This document shows, piece after piece, positions 24,973-32,000 of a DNA stretch of 32,000 nucleotides. The notes beneath the pieces were generated by a model. That model was not told the origin of the DNA and did not search any database. It saw only the letters and a list, made by a program, of their open reading frames with translations. The stretch comes from Schaalia meyeri. Lineage in GTDB: Bacteria; Actinomycetota; Actinomycetes; Actinomycetales; Actinomycetaceae. The stretch spans positions 12,448 through 44,447 of the forward strand of contig NZ_FNLK01000001.1 in assembly GCF_900105015.1 (NCBI RefSeq), written 5' to 3'. A program made the position numbers and the translations under genes. Position 1 is the stretch's first letter. Each line of letters opens with the position of its first letter.

Positions 24973-26019
24973 TTAGAAGTTGTACTTCTTGGCTTGCTCG
25001 GCGTCGGCGGCGATCTGGGCGGAGCCGACCCAGACGTTGTCGTAGCCGTCGAGCTTGTGCAGGTTGTTGTAGCCCTCGATGCCGAGGTCCGTGCCCTCGG
25101 TGATGGTTCCGCCGTCAGCGAGGATCTTGGCGATCTGGAGCTGGGCCTTCCCGGCGAGGGCGGGATCCCAGAAGAAGATCTTGTCGATCGATCCGGTGGC
25201 GAGGTACTTGGCGGAGGCGGAGGGGATGGAGGTTCCCATGACGCAGACCTGGTCGGAGAGGCCGGCTTCTTCGATCGCGCGTGCAATGCCGGGCACGTCG
25301 TTACCTGCGGAGCCCTGGAAGGCCTTGATGTCGGGGTACTTGCCGAGCACCTCCTTCGCCTTCTCGTAGGCGGCGGTCTCGTTGTCGGTGGACTCGATGG
25401 GCGTTTCGACTCGCTCCATGCCTGGGAAGTTCTTCTGCTGGTAGTCGTAGGCTGCCTCGACCCATTCCATGTGGGTCTTGGCGGTCAGGCCGCCGACGAA
25501 TTGCACGTACTTGCCGGTGCCGCCAGTGCATTCGCCGATGCTCTTCATGATGTCTACCCCGTAGGAGGCGTTGTCGAAGGCTTCGATGTCGACGTCGACG
25601 TTCTTGATGCCGGTCGCCTCGTGGGAGACCACCTTGATGCCCTGGGCTCGGGCCTGCTCAAGGACCGCGGAGAGGGCCTCGGGGGAGTTGGGGACGACGG
25701 TGATGGCCGCGGGCTTTTGCGCGATGAGATCCTGGATGATCTGGATCTGCTTCTCGGGGGAGACGTCCGTTCCTCCTTCCGTTCGCGTGTCGTAGCCGTT
25801 GGCGGCGCCCCACTCCTTGACTCCGACGTCCATTCGATCAAACCAGGCGATTCCCTTGACCTTGACGACGGTGACCATCGTCTTGCTGGCATCGCCTGAG
25901 GCCGATCCGGTGGTGCTCCCGGGGTTCTCCCCGGCCGTCCCACCGACGGTCGAGCAGGCCGTCAGAGCCAGGATCGACGCAATGGACATCGCTGCCGCGC
26001 TCAGTCTTCCGATCTTCAT
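24973..26019 (-). CDS. LsrB/RbsB-type substrate-binding lipoprotein, importer 2
   Basis: Start moved to ATG 26019 (GAGGAAG upstream). Lipobox MKIGRLSAAAMSIASILALTAC. Shares blocks with the importer-1 SBP (IQDLIAQ, DIEAF.N..YG, WDPA, C-terminal ..KYNF). Confidence 0.88.
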   Translation of the reverse strand: MKIGRLSAAAMSIASILALTACSTVGGTAGENPGSTTGSASGDASKTMVTVVKVKGIAWFDRMDVGVKEWGAANGYDTRTEGGTDVSPEKQIQIIQDLIAQKPAAITVVPNSPEALSAVLEQARAQGIKVVSHEATGIKNVDVDIEAFDNASYGVDIMKSIGECTGGTGKYVQFVGGLTAKTHMEWVEAAYDYQQKNFPGMERVETPIESTDNETAAYEKAKEVLGKYPDIKAFQGSAGNDVPGIARAIEEAGLSDQVCVMGTSIPSASAKYLATGSIDKIFFWDPALAGKAQLQIAKILADGGTITEGTDLGIEGYNNLHKLDGYDNVWVGSAQIAADAEQAKKYNF

Positions 26020-26128
26020 GTCGTCACTTCCTCGTGATCTCGTTGGCCGACGCTGTGGGTTCGCCATCTCCCGCGATGGCGCACGCAACATGGCGTGACC
26101 CGCGTCGCAATCACCAACAGTACACGCG

Positions 26129-26160
26129 CTTTCGCGCATTTACAACTCTCTTTCGCGCAT
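26129..26160. promoter_or_regulatory. Direct repeats CTTTCGCGCAT x2 (21-bp register); candidate DeoR operator in the SBP2/deoR divergent region
   Basis: CTTTCGCGCAT at 26129-26139 and 26150-26160. A third related copy, TCGCGCACAT, is at ~26287-26296. Confidence 0.4.
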
Positions 26161-26411
26161 GTCTCATGCGCTGAAGCAGCCATCATCGCGCGGTCCTCTC
26201 CGCTCGGTTGCACGGTTACACGCAAATACTGAGCGAATAACTCCCCGTAGACTGCGATTACTCGCGAGATCTCTCGTTGCGCGGTATCGCGCACATTCGC
26301 TCCGAAAGTTCGCTACAGTGTCAAGAGGGCGGAGTCCGCGATGCCCTGTTGCAGGCATCCGTCGTTGATTCCGCCGCCGTCCCCCGTCCGTAGCCAGCAG
26401 AAGGAAGCATC

Positions 26412-27161
26412 GTGACCCGGCAAGACACCATTGTTTCCATGATTGAGGCGACAGGCTTCGAGACCGTGTCCTCCCTGGCGGAAGCCCTCGAGGTCAACGT
26501 GTCAACCATCCGCAGGGACCTGGAGCACCTTGCCGAGGCGGGCCTCGTGCGCCGCACCCACGGAGGCGCGATCCCCGTCCCGCAGGACGAGGACACCGAG
26601 GAGTTCCTGCACGATTCGCCCAACCGAGCCGAGAAGCGCGCGATCGGGCCGGCGATGGCGGAGCGGATCCTGGACGGGCAGTCCGTCTTCCTCGACTCGG
26701 GGTCGACGTGCCTGGAGGTTGCGCGCGCCCTCAACGCCCGCCGCGTCACCGTGGTGACGCACGACCTGCTGGTTGGCCTGGAGATCCTCAAGAAGCCATC
26801 GCTGAACCTGGTGTTCGTCGGGGGCGAGCTGCTGCCCAACCGGACGCACATGTGGGGGCCGACCGCGATCGACCAGCTGGACCACATCCGCGTGAACACC
26901 GCCGTGTTTGGGGCAAACTCGGTGATGGAGGACGGCATCTACGCCTCCTCCGGCTACTCGATCGAGCTGCAGCAGAAGGTCCGCGCGATCGCGTCGACCG
27001 CCTACTTCGTCGCGGACTCCACCAAGTTCGGCCGCAACGCCCTCTACAAGGTCCTCGGCATCGACGCCTTCACCGCGGGCATCACCGATTCCTACCTCTC
27101 CCCCATCTCGGCCGCCGCCTACCCGATCCCCCTCATCCGGGCCGAGGTGAGTCAGGGGTAG
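26412..27161 (+). CDS. DeoR/GlpR-family transcriptional regulator
   Basis: 249 aa, GTG start with GAAGGAAG upstream. N-terminal HTH (VSSLAEALEVNVSTIRRDLEHLAEAGLVRRTHGGA). C-terminal DeoR sugar-phosphate sensor domain (VFLDSGSTCLE). Confidence 0.9.
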   Translation: MTRQDTIVSMIEATGFETVSSLAEALEVNVSTIRRDLEHLAEAGLVRRTHGGAIPVPQDEDTEEFLHDSPNRAEKRAIGPAMAERILDGQSVFLDSGSTCLEVARALNARRVTVVTHDLLVGLEILKKPSLNLVFVGGELLPNRTHMWGPTAIDQLDHIRVNTAVFGANSVMEDGIYASSGYSIELQQKVRAIASTAYFVADSTKFGRNALYKVLGIDAFTAGITDSYLSPISAAAYPIPLIRAEVSQG

Positions 27162-27169
27162 GTCAGAGC

Positions 27170-27198
27170 CCTTGGGACCGGGGGACCGAGTCCCAAGG
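27170..27198 (+). terminator. Possible terminator after deoR
   Basis: Perfect 9-bp stem CCTTGGGAC / GTCCCAAGG with an 11-nt loop, 9 nt after the stop, followed by TTCCTGT (weak U-tract). Confidence 0.35.
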
Positions 27199-27411
27199 TT
27201 CCTGTCGGCGGCGACATTCGCCGATCAAACTCCCACCAGATCCGTCAAGGTTCTGAGCGTAAGATCCTTTGTCGTGTCGATTGGGGCACCTCGGAAGACA
27301 TCGGAGGAGATCTCCCCGCTAGAATCACACACCGACACCACAACTCCCTGCGAGCCCTCACGGTGATCGACAAGCCGTTGAAGCAAGCGGGAGATAGCTA
27401 AGGAAATCGCA

Positions 27412-28983
27412 ATGCCGACAGACAAAAGAACGACGCCGAGTATTGAGCAAACTCTTTGGTCTACCGCTGAAACAATGCGGGCGAAGGGGAACCAGGAGGC
27501 CTCTGAATACAAGCACGTTGTGCTCGGGCTCGTGTTCCTCAAGTACGTCTCGGACAAATTCGCGGAGCGCCGGGAGGAGCTGCGCCGGGAGCTCGTTGAG
27601 GACGGCTTGGACGAAGCGCAGACCGGGTCGTTCCTGGAGGACAGGGACGAGTACTCTGGTCACAACGTCTTTTGGATTCCCGGCGGCGCGCGTTGGGATC
27701 AGCTCCAAGCAGCGGCGAAACTCCCCGGAATCGGCCAGCGAATCGACGGGGCCATGCGGTTGATTGAGCGGGCGAACCCATCACTCATGGGCGTGCTGCC
27801 GCGCAACTACGGACGCGAGGACCTCAAGGAGGAGATGCTCGGTGAACTCATCGACCTCATCGGCTCCATCGGATTCGGCGCTGACGACGATCACAATGCC
27901 GACGACATCCTCGGCAGAGTCTACGAGTATTTCCTCGGTATGTTCGCCGGCGCGGAGAAGGGCAAGGACGGCGGGGAATTTTACACGCCAAGGAGCGTCG
28001 TCAACCTCCTTGTGGAGATGCTCCAGCCTTTTTCAGGTCGCGTGTACGATCCATGCTGCGGCAGTGGTGGTATGTTCGTGCAATCCGCGAGGTTCGTTGA
28101 GGCGCACGGCGGAAATCGCGACGAACTGTCGATCTACGGCCAGGAGAAGGCTGCGTCCACGTGGAGACTGGCTAAGATGAACCTGGCGCTGAGAGGGATC
28201 GAGGCAGACCTCGGCCCTCGGGACGCTGAGACCTTCACCGAGGACCAGCACCCGGATCTGCGCGCGGACTTCATCATCGCCAACCCGCCCTTCAACCTCA
28301 AGGGCTACTGGTCCGCCACACTCCAGGACGACCCGCGTTGGGTGTATGACACTCCGAACGACTCTAACGCGAACTACGCGTGGATTCAGCATTTCCTCTA
28401 CCACTTGAGCCCTTCTGGTAGCGCGGGCTTCGTCATGGCGAACGGGGCGCTCTCCTCCAAAGCAAAGACTGACGGCATCATCCGCCGAGCTATGGTCGAG
28501 GCGGACGTGGTGGACTGCATCGTGGCACTGCCCGACAAACTCTTCTTCAACACCGGCATCCCGGCCTGCCTGTGGTTCCTTTCCAAGAACCGTCATGGCG
28601 ACGGGCACCGCGACCGGCACGGCGAGGTATTGTTCATCGACGCGCGCAACACGGGTGAGATGATCACTCGCGCCCACCGTCAGCTCACTGCTGATGACAT
28701 CGAGCGAATCTCCAGTGTGTACAATACGTGGCGCTCCCGGACTGAGTACAATGACTACGAGAATGTGCCCGGATTCTGCAAAGCAGCCACTATCCAGGAA
28801 ATCACCGACAACGACTTCATCCTCACCCCCGGCCGGTACGTCGGACTCGACGACTCCATCGACCCCGATGCTGAGCCGATTGAGAAGAGAATAACACGTC
28901 TGACAAACGAACTTCTCAATGCGTTCGAGATAGATCACCTCCTTGAAGAACAAATTCACGTCTCCCTCAAGGAGTGGCAGTGA
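27412..28983 (+). CDS. hsdM: Type I restriction-modification system, N6-adenine DNA methyltransferase subunit
   Basis: 523 aa. HsdM_N segment (LWSTAETMRAKGNQEASEYKHVVLGLVFLKYVSDKF). AdoMet motif I DPCCGSGGMF. Catalytic motif IV IIANPPFN. Confidence 0.93.
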   Translation: MPTDKRTTPSIEQTLWSTAETMRAKGNQEASEYKHVVLGLVFLKYVSDKFAERREELRRELVEDGLDEAQTGSFLEDRDEYSGHNVFWIPGGARWDQLQAAAKLPGIGQRIDGAMRLIERANPSLMGVLPRNYGREDLKEEMLGELIDLIGSIGFGADDDHNADDILGRVYEYFLGMFAGAEKGKDGGEFYTPRSVVNLLVEMLQPFSGRVYDPCCGSGGMFVQSARFVEAHGGNRDELSIYGQEKAASTWRLAKMNLALRGIEADLGPRDAETFTEDQHPDLRADFIIANPPFNLKGYWSATLQDDPRWVYDTPNDSNANYAWIQHFLYHLSPSGSAGFVMANGALSSKAKTDGIIRRAMVEADVVDCIVALPDKLFFNTGIPACLWFLSKNRHGDGHRDRHGEVLFIDARNTGEMITRAHRQLTADDIERISSVYNTWRSRTEYNDYENVPGFCKAATIQEITDNDFILTPGRYVGLDDSIDPDAEPIEKRITRLTNELLNAFEIDHLLEEQIHVSLKEWQ

Positions 28984-30161
28984 GGTTTGGTGAAATCGCA
29001 GAACTACGTCGGCAACTTGTTCGACCCGACAAATTTAAAGAATACTGCAAATACCTTGGGTACGACAGCATCGCTCCTGGCTCTCTCCATATTACACAGT
29101 GGGACACGCCGAAAGCAGTTTCCAGTGCGAAGTTAGCTTTTTTCCCTAACGACACCATCTACGGCCGTTTACGTCCATACTTTCGTAAGGTAGTATGGAC
29201 AGGGTCAAGCTACGGCATTTGTTCTTCAGACTTCTGGGTGTTTCAACCGAAAAACGGCACTGATCCTCGTTTTCTGTTTTACGTAGCGGCACTTCCTGAG
29301 TTTACCAACCTCGCTTCGGCTTCTGCGACGGGCACAAGGATGCCTCGCGCAAACTGGGACACAATTTCCGAGTACGAAATTGCAGACTTCACGTACGAGC
29401 AGCAAATGGCAATAGGTGACCTTCTGGGGAGACTTGATGACAAGATCGACTTCAACCATCGCCGACGAGTTCTCTGCCGTAAACTAGGGCTCGCTATTAC
29501 GGACTATTTAATACGCAATACGTCATGTGTGCCGCTTAGTTACTATGCGGAGTCTATTTCGCGGGGAGTTACTCCAAAATACTACAAGGGTCATAATGCA
29601 ACGCCTATCTGCGTTTTGAATCAAAGATGCATTCGAGATGGATGGGTGTCGCTCAGCTCAGCACGCCTGATGCTACCTCGCAGGCGCGAGAAGAAATCCG
29701 CTATAGCAGAATTTGATGATTTACTTGTCAATTCAACGGGCCAGGGGACCCTCGGCAGAGTCGGTCGTTGGAGTTATCGGGAACCCGTCTACGTCGACGG
29801 CCACGTGACAGTCGTAAAGGCTGACCGGCAGCGCATTTCACCGGTTCTTCTTCCGTACCTTGTTTTTCCGCTCCAGTCAGAGATTGAACAAATGGCTGAG
29901 GGTTCCACGGGACAGACAGAACTTTCCCCGTCAAGTCTTGGATCACTACAGGTTCCTTTGCTTACTCTCGAAGAGCAGAAGACCGTCGTCGAACAGCTTT
30001 CAACACTTGAAGAAATGGCACATCATTGTTCCATCGAAACCAGGATGCTTGCTGAGCTCCGCGATACACTGTTGCCGGAGCTGATGAGCGGGCGGATGCG
30101 AGTCGACGAGGCTGGTCGGCTCGTCGCGGACGCGTTTGGAAAGGAGTCAGTTGATGACTAG
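28980..30161 (+). CDS. hsdS: Type I restriction-modification system, specificity subunit
   Basis: Two variable target-recognition regions separated by conserved helical spacers (LGRLDDKIDFNHRR...; LSTLEEMAHHCSIETRMLAELRDTLLPELMSGRMRV). Preferred start is GTG 28980 (AAGGAG 5 nt upstream, GTGA overlap with the hsdM stop). The track start GTG 28974 is the alternative. GC is visibly lower than in the flanks. Confidence 0.88.
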   Translation: MRFGEIAELRRQLVRPDKFKEYCKYLGYDSIAPGSLHITQWDTPKAVSSAKLAFFPNDTIYGRLRPYFRKVVWTGSSYGICSSDFWVFQPKNGTDPRFLFYVAALPEFTNLASASATGTRMPRANWDTISEYEIADFTYEQQMAIGDLLGRLDDKIDFNHRRRVLCRKLGLAITDYLIRNTSCVPLSYYAESISRGVTPKYYKGHNATPICVLNQRCIRDGWVSLSSARLMLPRRREKKSAIAEFDDLLVNSTGQGTLGRVGRWSYREPVYVDGHVTVVKADRQRISPVLLPYLVFPLQSEIEQMAEGSTGQTELSPSSLGSLQVPLLTLEEQKTVVEQLSTLEEMAHHCSIETRMLAELRDTLLPELMSGRMRVDEAGRLVADAFGKESVDD

Positions 30162-32000
30162 TTCCGTCTACCGGTTTGATGAATCGACAGTCGAACAGGC
30201 CGCGAAGGAGTGGCTTGCCGAGATCGGTTACCGCACCGGATACGCGCCTGTTGACGCCCCCGTGGGCCAGGCGCGCGAGACTCCCGGGGACTGCGTTCTG
30301 TGGTCGTACGTGGCTGAAGCACTTGTCCGACTCAACCCTAGGGCGTCGAATGATCTGGTGCGCTCCGCGCTCGCGCGCATTCAGCGTGCCGAGTCCCAGG
30401 ACGTGATGAGTGAGAACCAGCGGCTTCATGAGCTCATGGTGGCGGGCGTGCCCGTCGAAACCACCGGCGAGGATGGTCGACCCACCACAGTACGGCTGCG
30501 CCTCGTTGACTTCAACGATCCGGCGAACAATGACTGGCGCGCACTCAACCAGTTCACAGTCGTCGAGGGGGGCCACAACCGTCGCCCCGACGTGCTGGTG
30601 TTTCTCAATGGCCTGCCCGTCGGCCTCATGGAGCTGAAGAATCCCACGGACGAAAAGGCAACTCTGCGCAATGCCTGGAACCAGATTCAGACATACCGCA
30701 AGCAGATTCCCTCGGTCTTCTTCCCCAACGTCATCACCGTCATTTCCGAGGCACATCTGCGGCGATGAGTTTCCTTCACCGGAGGCTTCGAGCACTACGC
30801 TCCGTGGAAGACCATGGACGGACACGACATCGTCACAGACCCTCCAGCACTCGAAGTACTCATCAAGGGTGTGTTCACCCCCGCACGGTTTCTCGACATT
30901 CTGCGGAACTTCGTCGTCTACTCGGACGAGCCCGTCACCGACGCGGCCACTGGTCAACGCCGCCGCATGATCATCAAGCGCATTGCGAAGTACCACCAGT
31001 ACTGGGCGGTCAACGCTGCCGTTGAGTCCACAGTCAGGGCAGCCGGTCCAAACGGGGACAAGCGCGGTGGCGTGGTGTGGCACACCCAGGGATCCGGCAA
31101 GAGCTTCGAAATGGTGTTCTACGCGGCCAAACTCATGCGGGACCAGCGCATGTCCAACCCAACACTGGTGTTCATCACCGACCGGAACGACCTTGATGAC
31201 CAGCTTTTCGGCGAGGTGTTCTCCCCTGCTCAGATCCTTCCCGAGACCCCGGTCCAGGCCACGGGGCGAGACAACCTGCGTCAGCTGCTCACCCGCGCAT
31301 CGGGCGGCATCATCTTCACCACACTGCAGAAGTTCGCTCCCGGCCAGGACGGGGACATGAACCCGGTGCTCACCGATAGGCGCAACGTTGTTGTGGTGGC
31401 CGACGAAGCGCACCGATCCCAATACGGCTTCGAGGAGACCCTCGACAGCCAAGGCCGTCTCAAAGCGGGGCTCGCCAAGCACCTTCGTAACGCACTCCCC
31501 GGCGCGACGTTCCTCGGCTTCACCGGAACGCCCATCGAGTCGAACGATCGCTCCACCCGTGCTGTGTTCGGCGACTACGTCGACATCTACGACCTCACTC
31601 GCGCCGTGGAAGACGGCGCAACCGTCAAGATTTTCTACGAGTCCCGCCTGGCCAAGATCAATTTGGACGAGGAGCAGCTCGGCCAGTTGGACACCATTGT
31701 TGATGACAGTAGCGAGGCAAGCAGCACGGGTGAGGCCGAACAGGCCAAGACCAAGTGGTCGCGCCTGGAGGCTCTGGTCGGGGCGGACTCCCGGCTGGAT
31801 GCAGTTGCTGCTGACATCGTGGCGCACTGGGAGAAGCGCCGCGCCTCCATGGCTGGCAAGGGGATGATCGTGACCATGAGCCGCCGTATTGCCGTTGCCC
31901 TGTACAACAAGATCACAGCACTGCGGCCCCAGTGGCACTCCGACGACATCAACAAGGGCCGCATCAAAGTCGTTATGACCGGCTCGGCGGCCGACCCAGA
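30154..32000 (+). pseudogene. hsdR: Type I restriction enzyme R subunit (HsdR), interrupted by an in-frame TGA at 30766-30768; 3' end lies beyond the window
   Basis: ATG 30154 (GAAAGGAG upstream, 8-nt overlap with the hsdS end). N-terminal part carries the nuclease-type motif RPDVLVFLNGLPVGLMELK and stops at ..VISEAHLRR*. The same frame continues open to the window end: [18 protein letters not shown]..., WHTQGSGKS (Walker A), [10 protein letters not shown] (DEAH box), FLGFTGTP. The other two forward frames are closed by stops of listed ORFs (30970, 31025, 31360, 31867). The family call is firm; the pseudogene status depends on the accuracy of the sequence. Confidence 0.8.

Noticed and set aside
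13735-26019. Interpreting the LsrB-like ABC systems as a bona fide lsr autoinducer-2 quorum-sensing uptake locus
   Set aside because: lsrK, lsrR, lsrF and lsrG equivalents are absent. The associated enzymes are DhaK/DhaL and an RpiB-family protein, and the regulator is DeoR-type. Resemblance of the SBPs to LsrB, judged by eye, only places them in the same PBP subfamily.
2699-26139. Longer N-terminal extensions offered by the ORF track: patB-like 2699, dehydrogenase 6791, iclR 11030, kdgK 12513, SBP1 19226, dhaK 21286, permease 22415, SBP2 26139, hsdR 30136
   Set aside because: The extensions are R/P/S-rich and lack homology-like sequence. They overlap upstream genes or operator-like repeats. 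Internal ATG starts give canonical N-termini (lipoprotein signal peptides, MKKIINNP for DhaK, MFDESISRWG for the lyase), with Shine-Dalgarno sequences or ATGA/TAATG coupling.
27172-27557. Small ORFs in or around the deoR-hsdM spacer (27172..27366 + 64 aa; 27225..27557 - 110 aa) as possible hidden toxin, antitoxin or defence genes
   Set aside because: They have no ribosome-binding site and no recognisable motif. The minus-strand ORF runs antisense into the well-supported hsdM start. Their composition resembles non-coding frames.
30766-30768. The TGA in hsdR as a programmed recoding event (selenocysteine or read-through)
   Set aside because: No SECIS-like hairpin is obvious immediately downstream, no selenoprotein precedent exists for HsdR, and the surrounding nine codons also deviate from the conserved HsdR pattern. 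A mutation or sequence error is far more likely.
1-32000. CRISPR arrays, tRNA/rRNA genes, IS elements or transposases, integrases and prophage genes
   Set aside because: I found no periodic direct repeats with spacers, no cloverleaf-like conserved tRNA segments, no terminal inverted repeats flanking a transposase-like ORF, and no recombinase motifs in any frame of the ORF track.

Overview
High-GC, densely coding, actinobacterial-type chromosomal segment. I recognised no rRNA, tRNA, CRISPR array, IS element or integrase. Layout, left to right: (1) a frameshifted gene remnant next to an apparently orphan ROK-family regulator. (2) A 43-bp perfect AT-rich palindrome ahead of a three-gene plus-strand unit: YheO-like regulator, PatB/MalY-type C-S lyase, NhaC-superfamily transporter. 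(3) A sugar-acid island: minus-strand uxuB-uxuA-MFS-Zn-dehydrogenase operon, divergent from iclR-eda-kdgK. (4) Two tandem, paralogous LsrB-type (CUT2) ABC importer operons on the minus strand. One ends in a divergent RpiB/LacAB-family isomerase gene, the other in split dhaK/dhaL. A divergent DeoR regulator follows. (5) A type I restriction-modification operon, hsdM-hsdS-hsdR, running off the right edge. Its hsdS is low in GC and its hsdR carries an in-frame TGA. The most interesting candidates are three: the split 'two importers + Dak-type kinase + atypical RpiB' module, which may be a tetrulose/short-ketose route with no dhaM in the window; the interrupted hsdR; and the large palindrome. CDS coordinates follow the supplied ORF track (stop included), with starts re-chosen where an internal start fits better. 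Hand-counted motif and hairpin coordinates may be off by 1-2 nt. All family calls rest on motif recognition by eye, not on searches.
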